Shown piece after piece: positions 9,578 to 19,240 of a DNA stretch of 42,758 bases. Made by a program: the position numbers and the translations under genes. The stretch is from Pedobacter sp. UBA1951. Its GTDB lineage: Bacteria > Bacteroidota > Bacteroidia > Sphingobacteriales > Sphingobacteriaceae. The notes under the pieces are model-generated. The model worked only from the letters and a program-made list of their open reading frames with translations, was not told the DNA's origin and searched no databases. The first letter of the stretch is position 1. Each line of letters begins with the position of its first letter. The stretch is from assembly GCA_002336465.1 (NCBI GenBank), contig DDEP01000082.1, positions 1-42,758 on the forward strand. The letters are read 5' to 3'.

Positions 9578-10444
9578 ATGAAAGGAATAATCTTAGCCGG
9601 AGGAAGCGGAACGCGCTTACATCCTTTAACATTGGCAACCAGCAAACAAATGATGCCGGTTTACGATAAACCAATGATATATTATCCGCTTTCTACTTTA
9701 ATGTTAGCAGGTATCAAAGAAATTTTAATCATCTCTACACCACATGACCTTCCTAATTTTGAAAAACTCTTGGGAGATGGTTCACAATTGGGTTGTAAAT
9801 TTAGTTATGCTGTACAACCAGAACCTAATGGGTTAGCTCAGGCTTTTGTTATTGGTGAAGAATTTATAGGGAAAGACAAAGTAGCACTCATACTTGGAGA
9901 TAATATCTTTTATGGCGATGGTATGGCTAAGCTGCTACAGAACAGTGCCAATCCTGAAGGAGGAGTTGTTTTTGCTTACCAAGTATCAGACCCTGAAAGA
10001 TATGGTGTTGTAGAATTTGATAAAAATCACCAAGTGATATCTATTGAAGAAAAACCTAAGCAACCTAAATCTGATTATGCAGTACCTGGTTTATATTTTT
10101 ACGACAATGACGTGGTTGAAATTGCTAAAAACATCAAATCATCAGCCCGTGGAGAGTATGAAATTACGGATGTAAATAAAGTTTATCTTGAGCGTGGTAA
10201 ACTTAAAGTAGGAATCTTGAGCAGAGGAACAGCTTGGCTTGATACAGGAACTTTTGCATCACTTATGCAAGCCGGACAATTTGTTCAAATCATTGAAGAG
10301 CGACAAGGCTTAAAGATAGGATGTATTGAGGAAATTGCTTATCGCATGGAATTTATTAACGCAGAACAACTTAAACAAATTGCCGAACCTTTGGTTAAAA
10401 GTGGATACGGCGAATATCTGTTAAGAATTATTGGTTATAAATAG
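9578..10444 (+). CDS. rfbA: Glucose-1-phosphate thymidylyltransferase
   Basis: [42 protein letters not shown]. Confidence 0.97.
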   Translation: MKGIILAGGSGTRLHPLTLATSKQMMPVYDKPMIYYPLSTLMLAGIKEILIISTPHDLPNFEKLLGDGSQLGCKFSYAVQPEPNGLAQAFVIGEEFIGKDKVALILGDNIFYGDGMAKLLQNSANPEGGVVFAYQVSDPERYGVVEFDKNHQVISIEEKPKQPKSDYAVPGLYFYDNDVVEIAKNIKSSARGEYEITDVNKVYLERGKLKVGILSRGTAWLDTGTFASLMQAGQFVQIIEERQGLKIGCIEEIAYRMEFINAEQLKQIAEPLVKSGYGEYLLRIIGYK

Positions 10445-10481
10445 GGATAATTTTTTTTATCTTTATTAAAACTAATTGCTT

Positions 10482-11576
10482 ATGTTTTCGTTATGTTCCT
10501 TAACTCTTTTACTCGGAGGTTTTGCATCCATAACCAGCTCTTTTAATTCAGAAGATATTAAAGCCAAAAGTAATATTCCTCCTTTAACTGCCCCAACATA
10601 TTGTAAACCGGAACTAGACTGTAGTAGTAAGGATAAAATTACCCGAGTAGTATTTAAAAATATAGACAACAGTTCTGATTGTGGCAATCAAGGTTATAAT
10701 GATTATAGCAGTCTCGCTGCAGCTCAGGTAACCGCCGGAAATTCTTATCCAATTTCTGTATGGGTTGGTGATGGTTGGGACTATGAAACAGTCAGTGTTT
10801 GGATAGATTACAATAACAATGGCGTATTTGAACAGGATGAATTCACTCTTGTAGGAACAGGATCAGGCAGTGAAGTCTCTGGCTCTATCAATATTCCTTC
10901 ACAAGTAATTACAGGTCTTAAACGTATGAGAGTAAGAGTTGCTGCAGTAGGAGCTGCGCATGCTGCTTGGAATTTAGCCTGCGATGACACAGATAAATTT
11001 GGGGAAACCGAAGATTATACAGTAAATATTAGTGGTGGTCTACCTATTTCTCTGCTCTCATTTAAAGCTCAGGCTGTAGGTAAACAGGCTGTGTTACAAT
11101 GGCAAACTGCAAGTGAGCAAAATAATGACAAGTTTCTTATTTATCGCAGTGGTGAGGATGGTGTATTTAATCAAATTGGAGAGCAAACCGGATTTGGAAA
11201 CTCTACTATAATCAAAAACTATACTTTCTATGATAAATTACCATTAAATGGTATCAATTACTATCGCTTAATTCAGGTTGACCATGACGGCAAGTCGGCT
11301 AAAGTAGGAGAAAGTTCTGTAACTTTTGAGATTCCCAGTAAGCAGTCTCTTTCTATCTATCCTAATCCGGCAACATCTAAAGTAACACTCCGATTCGCTC
11401 CGGGAAGTTCACATATAGAATTAGTAGATCTTAACGGAAAGGTTATTCAAAAAAGAAATTTAAAGGCCTCTGATATTGAAGCCACTATATCTGTTGACAA
11501 GTTAGTATCAGGTATCTATCTTATTAAAGTTTCAACAACAAAAGGAATTATCGTTGATAAATTGATTAAATTGTAA
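10482..11576 (+). CDS. T9SS cargo protein: GEVED domain, Ig-like domain and type A C-terminal sorting domain
   Basis: WIDYNNNGVFE...RMRVR...GETEDYTVNI (GEVED), LPISLLSF...YYRLIQVDHDG, IYPNPA...GIYLIKV...KLIKL (CTD). Confidence 0.85.
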   Translation: MFSLCSLTLLLGGFASITSSFNSEDIKAKSNIPPLTAPTYCKPELDCSSKDKITRVVFKNIDNSSDCGNQGYNDYSSLAAAQVTAGNSYPISVWVGDGWDYETVSVWIDYNNNGVFEQDEFTLVGTGSGSEVSGSINIPSQVITGLKRMRVRVAAVGAAHAAWNLACDDTDKFGETEDYTVNISGGLPISLLSFKAQAVGKQAVLQWQTASEQNNDKFLIYRSGEDGVFNQIGEQTGFGNSTIIKNYTFYDKLPLNGINYYRLIQVDHDGKSAKVGESSVTFEIPSKQSLSIYPNPATSKVTLRFAPGSSHIELVDLNGKVIQKRNLKASDIEATISVDKLVSGIYLIKVSTTKGIIVDKLIKL

Positions 11577-11615
11577 AGAGGTATTTGTTTACAATATCAA
11601 CTTAATATAACAAAA

Positions 11616-11655
11616 TAGGAGAAATCTAACTCATCTTCTCCTAGTTAGATTTCTC
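11616..11655. terminator. Hairpin between convergent genes, probable terminator
   Basis: 13-bp perfect inverted repeat GAGAAATCTAACT (11619-11631) / AGTTAGATTTCTC (11643-11655). Confidence 0.6.
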
Positions 11656-11693
11656 TGTACGTTTTCTTTGGAATCAGGGAATTAGAATTTTAC

Positions 11694-13442
11694 TTATCTT
11701 TCTCCAACTTGCTGACGCCACATGGCGTAATATAAGCCCTTCTCAGCCAATAAATCATCGTGACCGCCTTGTTCTGTGATACGGCCCTTTTCAAGCACGT
11801 ATATACGATCTGCATGACGTATAGTCGACAACCTGTGTGCAATAAGAATAGTGATGTGTTGTTCTAAAACAGAAACATCTCTTATAGTGGCCGTAATTTC
11901 TTCTTCTGTGATAGAATCAAGCGAAGAAGTTGCTTCGTCAAAAACCAAGATATCAGGATTACGTAAAAGAGCTCTTGCAATAGATAAACGTTGCTTCTCT
12001 CCACCTGAAACCTTAACCCCTCCTTCACCAATCACACTGTCTAGGCCTTTTTCTGCTCGTGCCAATAAAGTATGACATGCCGCTTGGCGTAGAACTGTTA
12101 AACATTCTTCATCAGTAGCATGGGGTTTTACAAACAGCAAATTCTCTCTGATCGTTCCCGAAAACAGTTGAGTATCTTGTGTAACGAAACCTATTTTTTC
12201 GCGTAGCTGATCTAAATTAATCTTACTGCCTGATACATCATTATAAAAAACCTCCCCTTCAACTGGTTGATACAACCCTACCAACAGTTTTACCAATGTA
12301 GTTTTTCCAGAACCCGAAGGGCCTACAAAGGCAATCGTTTCTCCGCTGTTCACACTAAAATTAATATGATTTAATGCATTGCTCTTTCCGGTAAGATGTT
12401 TAAAGCTAACTTCATTAAAAGTTAATTTCTCTACTTTATCTAACGCAATTGGGTTTTGTGGTTTTTGATCAACAGGGGTACTTAGAATATCTTTGAAACG
12501 ATTTAAAGATACTTCTGCCTCACGCCAAGTTAAAATTACATTACCCAATTCTTGCAAAGGACCAAACAAAAAGAAAGAATAAAACAAAAAGGAGAAATAC
12601 TGGCCGGGCGATATGGCATTGTCAAAAATAAGGATGAGCAATACCACAACCATAGTACTGCGTACTAGATTAACCGTAGTGCCTTGTACAAAGCTCATGC
12701 TTCTCACATATTTTACCTTGCGCAATTCAAGGCCTAATATTTTATAGGTTGTTTTATTTAGCCTGTCTATTTCCTGATTGGCCAAACCTAAACTTTTTAC
12801 CAGTTCAATGTTGCGGAGCGATTCTGTTGTAGAGCCGGCAAGTGCCGTAGTTTCGGTTACAATCTTACGCTGTATTACTTTGATCTTGCGACTTAAAAAC
12901 CAACTTACAAATGCGATGACCGGAATGGAAGCGACATAAATTAAAGTAACTTTATAGCTTACGCTCAAAGAATATACGATTACAAATACCATTCCTATTA
13001 AACTCACAAATAAGATACTGATAAAGGAGGTAATAAATTTCTCGCAGTCTGTTCTAACTTTTTGTAAGATACCTAAGGTTTCTCCACTTCTCTGGTCTTC
13101 AAATACCTGATATGGGAGCTCTAATGAGTGCTTTAAGCCATCGGCATACATCCTTGCACCCACTTTCTGTACAATAATATTGGTAAAGTAATCCTGAAAG
13201 TTTTTAGCAATACGCGATACCATAGCCGCTCCTACTGCCAAACCTACCAAACCCAGTACTCCCCAAACAAATTCAGTTCTTTGCAGGTGGTCTTTTTTCT
13301 CTATAAAGTTATCTACTATGCGTCCAGTAAAATAAGGATCCATTAACGAAAAGCCTATATTTAACGCTGCTAAGAACAAGGCTAATATGACCGTCCATTT
13401 ATAAGGTTTAAGATATTGTATCAATAAATTCATCTTTTTCAA
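11694..13442 (-). CDS. ABC exporter, fused permease and ATP-binding domains (MdlB/MsbA-like)
   Basis: TM domain, GPSGSGKT, VSGGEKQR, LVFDEATS, IAHRLST. Start is TTG at 13442 or ATG at 13433. Confidence 0.92.
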   Translation of the reverse strand: MKKMNLLIQYLKPYKWTVILALFLAALNIGFSLMDPYFTGRIVDNFIEKKDHLQRTEFVWGVLGLVGLAVGAAMVSRIAKNFQDYFTNIIVQKVGARMYADGLKHSLELPYQVFEDQRSGETLGILQKVRTDCEKFITSFISILFVSLIGMVFVIVYSLSVSYKVTLIYVASIPVIAFVSWFLSRKIKVIQRKIVTETTALAGSTTESLRNIELVKSLGLANQEIDRLNKTTYKILGLELRKVKYVRSMSFVQGTTVNLVRSTMVVVLLILIFDNAISPGQYFSFLFYSFFLFGPLQELGNVILTWREAEVSLNRFKDILSTPVDQKPQNPIALDKVEKLTFNEVSFKHLTGKSNALNHINFSVNSGETIAFVGPSGSGKTTLVKLLVGLYQPVEGEVFYNDVSGSKINLDQLREKIGFVTQDTQLFSGTIRENLLFVKPHATDEECLTVLRQAACHTLLARAEKGLDSVIGEGGVKVSGGEKQRLSIARALLRNPDILVFDEATSSLDSITEEEITATIRDVSVLEQHITILIAHRLSTIRHADRIYVLEKGRITEQGGHDDLLAEKGLYYAMWRQQVGER

Positions 13443-13453
13443 TAATAAGGATG

Positions 13454-13461
13454 CAAAAATA
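13454..13461 (-). promoter_or_regulatory. -7 box (TATTTTTG) for the ABC exporter
   Basis: Exact match on the minus strand just upstream of the start. Confidence 0.55.
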
Positions 13462-13497
13462 AAAAAAGGGAATGTAGCAAAACCACAATCCCTTTTT
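13461..13497 (-). terminator. Intrinsic terminator after frr
   Basis: AAAAAGGGA...TCCCTTTTT stem with a T tract on the minus strand. Confidence 0.75.
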
Positions 13498-13519
13498 GTT
13501 TACATTTCACCGATATAAT

Positions 13520-14086
13520 TTATATCGTCATGATATCTTTTTCTTTGGCTTCGGCATGTTTATCAACCTTAACAATGTAGTTATCGGTTATTTTCTGCAC
13601 TTCTGCTTCACCAACTTTTATTTCATCATCAGAAACATTATCTGATGTTCTTAGCTTTTTGATTTTTTCATTGGCATCTTTACGGATGTTACGTACCGTT
13701 ATGCGCCCTCTTTCAGCCTCTTCTTTTACTTTTTTAACCAATTCTTTTCTACGTTCTTCGGTTAAAGGAGGTACAACTAAACGAATTACACTTCCATCGT
13801 TTTGTGGGTTAATACCAATATTAGCTTCCATGATAGCTCTTTCAATAGGTATTAACATATTTTTCTCCCAAGGCTGAATAATTAAAGTACGGGCATCTGG
13901 TGTATTGATACCCCCAACTTGTGCTAAAGGTGTAGCACTTCCATAATAATCTACCATAATGCCATCTAGCATACCTGCTGATGCTTTTCCTGCTCTGATC
14001 TTAGTCAACTCTGATTCGCAATGCGCAATAGCCTTATCCATATTTGCTTGAGCATCGGCCAATTGTTTCTTTATGAGGTCATTCAT
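13520..14086 (-). CDS. frr: Ribosome recycling factor
   Basis: IRAGKAS, YYGSATPL, PPLTEERRKELVK, RNIRKDA. Confidence 0.98.
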   Translation of the reverse strand: MNDLIKKQLADAQANMDKAIAHCESELTKIRAGKASAGMLDGIMVDYYGSATPLAQVGGINTPDARTLIIQPWEKNMLIPIERAIMEANIGINPQNDGSVIRLVVPPLTEERRKELVKKVKEEAERGRITVRNIRKDANEKIKKLRTSDNVSDDEIKVGEAEVQKITDNYIVKVDKHAEAKEKDIMTI

Positions 14087-14105
14087 TTTTCAGTATGATT
14101 TTATA

Positions 14106-14113
14106 CAAAAATA
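14106..14113 (-). promoter_or_regulatory. -7 box (TATTTTTG) for frr
   Basis: Exact match 19 nt upstream of the ATG. Confidence 0.55.
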
Positions 14114-14237
14114 TAAAATTAATCTTTATAAACTACCTGCTCAGATTTACTGAAAGGCAGAAAGGAAAAATTCGAATATTAACCTCTGATTACTACCTTT
14201 TTAAAGAATGGAGATTTATATATTGTCAAAAGCGTTA

Positions 14238-15110
14238 TTAATGCAGAAGTTCTAGTTCGTATGCAAAATTCTTATCAAAATTATCTTTCCAGATCAATTT
14301 ACCATCTTCGCCTCTTATTCCATATTTAGGAGAATACCATTTAGATAAATTAGTTCGCTCGTAGCTGATTTTTTGCACATCGCTACAATAAATAACAAGA
14401 GGCACAATAGTAAATTGTTGTTTGTTTTTATTATAATGAATTTGTTTTTTGAGAATCGCCTTTCCATTAAAAGTTTCATAACCAATAAAATATGTGCCTT
14501 TTTCTAAGTAGTAATTTGTCTTAGATAGATCAAAAACAATTTCTCTTTTACTTTTTTTACCCTCAATAAACAAGGGTACAAGTACACTATCTGGCATCCC
14601 ATTTTTCTCGCTCAATAGAATAAACCGATAATCGGGTACTACTTCTTTTACTTGCACCTTGCAAAACAGTTTTAGGTTTTTTAAATATCCTGGACTATCT
14701 ATCTTAATAAAAGTTACCCTTTGCTTATTGGCATCTTGAGGAGCATCAATTATAACTTTTTGGGTTAAAGGCTGCTTAATTGTAAAAGAGCTTAAAGTCC
14801 CTGCCTTTACTTCTTTAAGTTGATAAGTACTTTCTTTTAATATAATGATTGATGTTTCATTTAACTGAGCAGTATTATATTGGGCATCAATATACCCTAA
14901 CGAGTGCACTAAATATTGAGAATTTTCATCCAGATTAAGTTTAACCGTTCCTTTTTCATCAGAAACAGCAACGAGTTCATTTGTATTACCCATTAAAAAA
15001 ACAGACGCTCCCAAAATAGGAGCGTTATGTTCATCTGTAACGATAAATATTTTTTGGGCAAATGTTGTTGTAGGTACTGCAAACAACAACAGTATAACCA
15101 AGAACTTCAT
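14238..15110 (-). CDS. Secreted protein with N-terminal carboxypeptidase-regulatory-like domain and unknown C-terminal domain
   Basis: Signal peptide; V.DE..API.GASV...SDEKG...SLGY...L.EV pattern. Confidence 0.65.
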   Translation of the reverse strand: MKFLVILLLFAVPTTTFAQKIFIVTDEHNAPILGASVFLMGNTNELVAVSDEKGTVKLNLDENSQYLVHSLGYIDAQYNTAQLNETSIIILKESTYQLKEVKAGTLSSFTIKQPLTQKVIIDAPQDANKQRVTFIKIDSPGYLKNLKLFCKVQVKEVVPDYRFILLSEKNGMPDSVLVPLFIEGKKSKREIVFDLSKTNYYLEKGTYFIGYETFNGKAILKKQIHYNKNKQQFTIVPLVIYCSDVQKISYERTNLSKWYSPKYGIRGEDGKLIWKDNFDKNFAYELELLH

Positions 15111-15817
15111 TAACTTCTTACCAAAGTACCTATTTCTTCACCATTGGTAATCTTCATAAAATTACCAGTCTTGTTCATATCAAATACAATAATAGGTAAA
15201 TCGTTCTCTTCGCAAAGCGTAAACGCAGTCATATCCATTACATTTAAATCTTTTTCATAAACTTCCTTAAATGTAATCTCATCATATTTCTGTGCTGAAG
15301 GGTCTTTTTCTGGATCCGCAGTATAAATACCATCTACTCTTGTTCCTTTCAATACCACATCTGCCTTAATTTCAATAGCTCTTAAAGCAGCCGCAGAATC
15401 TGTTGTAAAGTAAGGGTTACCAGTACCTGCACCAAATATTACGATACGCCCTTTTTCTAAGTGGCGTACGGCACGTCTGCGGATAAAAGGCTCGCAGATC
15501 TGCTCCATTTTAATTGCTGTTAATAAACGTGTTTTTAATCCTACTTTTTCTAAAGCATCTTGTAAAGCCATGCTGTTGATTACAGTGGCAAGCATTCCCA
15601 TATAATCGGCTTGTGCTCTGTCCATACCAGACTTTTCGGCACTCAAGCCTCTAAAGATGTTTCCGCCTCCAATAACAATGGCAATTTCCATTCCTTTACT
15701 GTGTACAGCCTTAATATCTTCGGCATATTGCTTAACACGTTCGTTATCAATACCGTACTGCTTATCACCCATTAACGATTCGCCGCTAAGCTTAAGTAGA
15801 ATTCGTTTATATTTCAT
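15110..15817 (-). CDS. pyrH: UMP kinase
   Basis: [42 protein letters not shown] at 15817 preferred over TTG at 15826. Confidence 0.98.
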   Translation of the reverse strand: MKYKRILLKLSGESLMGDKQYGIDNERVKQYAEDIKAVHSKGMEIAIVIGGGNIFRGLSAEKSGMDRAQADYMGMLATVINSMALQDALEKVGLKTRLLTAIKMEQICEPFIRRRAVRHLEKGRIVIFGAGTGNPYFTTDSAAALRAIEIKADVVLKGTRVDGIYTADPEKDPSAQKYDEITFKEVYEKDLNVMDMTAFTLCEENDLPIIVFDMNKTGNFMKITNGEEIGTLVRS

Positions 15818-15823
15818 AAAGCG

Positions 15824-15831
15824 CAAAATTA
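15824..15831 (-). promoter_or_regulatory. -7 box (TAATTTTG) 6 nt before the pyrH ATG
   Basis: Exact match; minus strand reads TAATTTTG CGCTTT ATG. Confidence 0.65.
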
Positions 15832-15860
15832 CAAGATTTTTCTAATTGGGCAGTCTTATT

Positions 15861-16952
15861 CTATTTTATTTCTTTTCCGTTAAAAAATATGCTTTTCAGT
15901 TCAAGGTCACGATCAAGGATTAAAAAGTTGCTATCATTACCCACTTCCAAATTACCTGCCTTATTAAAACTAACAGCTAGTCTTGAAGGATATGCTGTAG
16001 CCATAGCAATTGCATCAGGCAGACTAATATCACAATGCTCTATGCAATTTCTAACTGCCTGCAACATGGTTAGAGATGACCCCGAAAGTGTTCCATCGGG
16101 CATTACAAACTTTCCATCAACCGCTTTATGCTGATAAGGACCTATATTGCAATCTGTAACCGCATCTGTAATCAAAAATAAACGATCTTTCATCTGTTTA
16201 TGTGCCATCTTTACCACTTCAAAATCTACGTGCATACCATCTGCTATAATACTGGCCATTGCACTATCATGATTAAACACCGCTGTAGGTATACCAGGTT
16301 GCCTATGTAAAATTGGCGACATGGCATTGAATAAATGAGTGGTGGTTTGTACGCCCTTATTATATGCTGCCGTTGCCTGTTCAAATGTAGCATCACTATG
16401 ACCTAAAGAAACAATAATATTATGGTCTGTGAGGTAAGCAATAATTTCATCGTCTTGCAATTCAGGTGCGAGCGTAATCATTTTAACTGTACCATCTGCA
16501 AAATCTAATAATGCTTTAATTTCATCTAAAGATGCTTTTCTAATGTATTCTAAAACGTGGGCACCTCTTTTTTTAGGATTGATAAAAGGTCCTTCAAGAT
16601 GTAAACCCCAACAGTTCTTAGCATATTTCTTGTGGGCTTTTATAACTTCTATACAACGGTTAAAAACTCCGGGGGTATTGGTTGCTAGGCAAATCAAGAA
16701 TCCTGTTGTTCCTTCTTTTAAGAGTTGGTTTTCTATAGAAGCAATACTTTCAACTGTAGGGTTGGCAGAAAATAGTTCTCCACCTGCCCCATAAATCTGT
16801 AAATCTATAAAGCCCGGAATCAGCAAATCACCATTCTGTAATATATTATCATTTGCTTCGATATGGGTAATGGCTTCTTCAGTAAAGCCAAAACTTTCTA
16901 AGCGTTTAATCTGATTATGATAAAGAACATTCAGGTTTTCTACATTTAACAT
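15861..16952 (-). CDS. nagA: N-acetylglucosamine-6-phosphate deacetylase
   Basis: PGFIDLQIYG, HLEGPF, LAPE, GHS, THLFNAM, ADGMHV, TDA, LSGS. Confidence 0.93.
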   Translation of the reverse strand: MLNVENLNVLYHNQIKRLESFGFTEEAITHIEANDNILQNGDLLIPGFIDLQIYGAGGELFSANPTVESIASIENQLLKEGTTGFLICLATNTPGVFNRCIEVIKAHKKYAKNCWGLHLEGPFINPKKRGAHVLEYIRKASLDEIKALLDFADGTVKMITLAPELQDDEIIAYLTDHNIIVSLGHSDATFEQATAAYNKGVQTTTHLFNAMSPILHRQPGIPTAVFNHDSAMASIIADGMHVDFEVVKMAHKQMKDRLFLITDAVTDCNIGPYQHKAVDGKFVMPDGTLSGSSLTMLQAVRNCIEHCDISLPDAIAMATAYPSRLAVSFNKAGNLEVGNDSNFLILDRDLELKSIFFNGKEIK

Positions 16953-17001
16953 GACTATAAGGATAAAGAATTAAGATACGAATAACGGCTTTTTATCTCG
17001 C

Positions 17002-17036
17002 AAAAAAAAAGCTTCAGGTTAAACCTAAAGCTTTTT
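17002..17036 (-). terminator. Intrinsic terminator after tsf
   Basis: Minus strand AAAAAGCTTTAGGTT/AACCTGAAGCTTTTTTTTT, with one G-U pair. Confidence 0.85.
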
Positions 17037-17055
17037 CAAATTTATTTATGGCTAA

Positions 17056-17895
17056 TTAAGCGCCTAATTGTACACGTTTAAAAGCAGTAACTGTTAATCC
17101 TTTAGAAGTGTTATCTAAGAATTTACGTACATCTACTGAACCATCTTTAACAAACTCTTGGTTTAATAAAGTATTTTCTTTGTAGAATTTATTCAATTTA
17201 CCAGCAGCGATTTTCTCAACCATTTCTTCTGGTTTACCTTCTGCTCTGATTTGTTCTTTAGCAATTTCTAGTTCACGCTCGATAGTAGAAGAATCAACAT
17301 CAGCTTTATCTAAAGCAACTGGGTTCATAGCTGCAATTTGCATAGCAACATCTTTACCAGCTTCTTCAGCACCAGCTACATCTTCATTTAAAGCTACCAA
17401 TACACCTAAACGGTAGTTTCCGTGGATATAAGCAACTACTTTTTCTCCGCTAACTACTTCATATTTAGAAATACCGATTTTTTCACCGATTTTACCTGTA
17501 TTCTCTACGATTGACTCTTCAACTTTTTGTCCGTCTATTTCTAAAGCTAATAAATCAGCTAAAGTAGCAGGATTTTTTTCAATTGCTAAATCAGCAAATT
17601 TTTGACCTAGAGCAACGAAATCAGTATTCTTAGCAACGAAATCAGTTTCGCAGTTTAACTCGATGATCACACCACGTTTACCATCTGCAGTAGCTTTAGC
17701 AATTACCACTCCTTCGTTGTTATCTCTGTCTTGACGAGAAGCAGCTACTTTAGCACCTTTTTTACGTAGGTAATCAACTGCGGCTTCGAAATCGCCGTTT
17801 GATTCCATTAACGCTTTTTTGCAATCCATCATGCCGGCACCAGTTTGTTGGCGTAATCTATTTACATCTGCGGCAGAAATTTGTACTGTTGACAT
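17056..17895 (-). CDS. tsf: Translation elongation factor Ts
   Basis: LRQQTGAGMMDCKKAL, ELNCETDFVA, AMQIAAM. Confidence 0.98.
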   Translation of the reverse strand: MSTVQISAADVNRLRQQTGAGMMDCKKALMESNGDFEAAVDYLRKKGAKVAASRQDRDNNEGVVIAKATADGKRGVIIELNCETDFVAKNTDFVALGQKFADLAIEKNPATLADLLALEIDGQKVEESIVENTGKIGEKIGISKYEVVSGEKVVAYIHGNYRLGVLVALNEDVAGAEEAGKDVAMQIAAMNPVALDKADVDSSTIERELEIAKEQIRAEGKPEEMVEKIAAGKLNKFYKENTLLNQEFVKDGSVDVRKFLDNTSKGLTVTAFKRVQLGA

Positions 17896-17926
17896 CTTTT
17901 TTCTTTTTTAAATGTTTTATAAAAAG

Positions 17927-17984
17927 TATGGGTTACAAGTTATACGTTGTAAGCAAGCCTGCAACATAACACTCATAACCCATA
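17927..17984. repeat. Heptamer-periodic imperfect inverted repeat between rpsB and tsf
   Basis: TATGGGT TACAAGT TATACGT TGTAAGC ... ACTCATA ACCCATA; outer 9-bp stem TATGGGTTA/TAACCCATA. Confidence 0.65.
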
Positions 17985-17997
17985 ACAGTTATTTTAA

Positions 17998-18822
17998 TTA
18001 GGCTTCTTTACTGTCTTCTGTAGATGCTTCTACTTCAGCAGCAGCTTTTTTACCTTTTTTTGCAGGAGCTTCTGGAGCATCAGCAGCTGTTTTAGCAGCT
18101 ACCGCTTCTTTTTCTGCTTCTTCATCTTTCTCACGTTTACGCTCTTCCAAACCTTCCTCAATCGCTTTAACAATTACGCTAGTAATCAAAGAAATTGATT
18201 TTGTAGCGTCATCATTAGCTGGAATAGGGAAATCGATGTTTGAAGGATCTGAGTTAGTATCAACCATTGCAAAAGTAGGAATGTTTAATTTCAAAGCTTC
18301 TGCTACAGCGATATGCTCTTTCTTAACATCAATTAAGAAGATAGCCGCAGGTAAACGGTTCAAATCAGCGATACCACCTAAAAGGTTCTCTAATTTTATA
18401 CGCTCACGTTGGATCATTAAGCGCTCTTTTTTAGAAAGGATTGCATAAGTACCGTCTTTAGTCATTTTATCGATGTTAGCCATCTTTTTAATTGACTTAC
18501 GTACGGTAGCAAAGTTAGTTAACATACCACCTAACCAACGCTCGGTTACGAAAGGCATATTTACTTTTTTTGCTTGATCTGCAACGATTTCTTTTGCTTG
18601 TTTTTTAGTAGCAACAAATAAAATCTTACGACCAGATTTTACGATTTGTTTTATTGCAGAAGCAGCTTCTTCTGTTTTTGCTAAAGTTTTATTTAAATCA
18701 ATAATGTGAATTCCATTACGCTCCATGAAAATATAAGGAGCCATTTTTGGATTCCATTTGCGGGTAAGGTGTCCAAAGTGTACACCTGCATCCAATAAGT
18801 CTTGATATGTTGTTCTTGCCAT
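17998..18822 (-). CDS. rpsB: 30S ribosomal protein S2
   Basis: [37 protein letters not shown]. Confidence 0.99.
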   Translation of the reverse strand: MARTTYQDLLDAGVHFGHLTRKWNPKMAPYIFMERNGIHIIDLNKTLAKTEEAASAIKQIVKSGRKILFVATKKQAKEIVADQAKKVNMPFVTERWLGGMLTNFATVRKSIKKMANIDKMTKDGTYAILSKKERLMIQRERIKLENLLGGIADLNRLPAAIFLIDVKKEHIAVAEALKLNIPTFAMVDTNSDPSNIDFPIPANDDATKSISLITSVIVKAIEEGLEERKREKDEEAEKEAVAAKTAADAPEAPAKKGKKAAAEVEASTEDSKEA

Positions 18823-18830
18823 TGTTTTGT

Positions 18831-18837
18831 CTCCTTA
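18831..18837 (-). promoter_or_regulatory. Shine-Dalgarno motif TAAGGAG for rpsB
   Basis: 8 nt upstream of the ATG. Confidence 0.7.
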
Positions 18838-18840
18838 AGA

Positions 18841-19227
18841 TTAACGTTTACTGAATTGGAATCTCTTACGAGCTTTTGCACGTCCTGGTTTCTTACGCTC
18901 AACCATACGCATATCACGGGTCATTAACCCTTTAGCACGTAAAGCAGATTTTTTCTCAGCATCAAGTTCAACAATAGCTTTAGCAATAGCTAAACGAACA
19001 GCCTCAGCCTGACCTTTAACACCACCACCTGATACATTTACTTTAACATCGTATCTACCAGCAACCTCTGCAACCTCAAACGATTGGTTTACGATATATT
19101 GTAAAGGCAAGGTAGGAAAATATACTTTATAGTCTTTACCGTTTACGGTAATAGCGCCGTTACCCTCTGTTAAATAGATACGGGCAACTGCTGTCTTTCT
19201 TCTTCCTGAAGTATTTGTAGTTGACAT
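18841..19227 (-). CDS. rpsI: 30S ribosomal protein S9
   Basis: GRRKTAVARI, GGGVKGQAEA, ERKKPG...QFSKR. Confidence 0.99.
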   Translation of the reverse strand: MSTTNTSGRRKTAVARIYLTEGNGAITVNGKDYKVYFPTLPLQYIVNQSFEVAEVAGRYDVKVNVSGGGVKGQAEAVRLAIAKAIVELDAEKKSALRAKGLMTRDMRMVERKKPGRAKARKRFQFSKR

Positions 19228-19234
19228 TTCTTTT

Positions 19235-19240
19235 CTCCTT
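19235..19240 (-). promoter_or_regulatory. Shine-Dalgarno motif AAGGAG for rpsI
   Basis: 7 nt upstream of the ATG. Confidence 0.7.

Noticed and set aside
14147-14170. Small hairpin CTGC-TCAG...CTGA-AAG-GCAG between the orphan gene and frr
   Set aside because: Short, interrupted stem without a convincing adjacent T tract.
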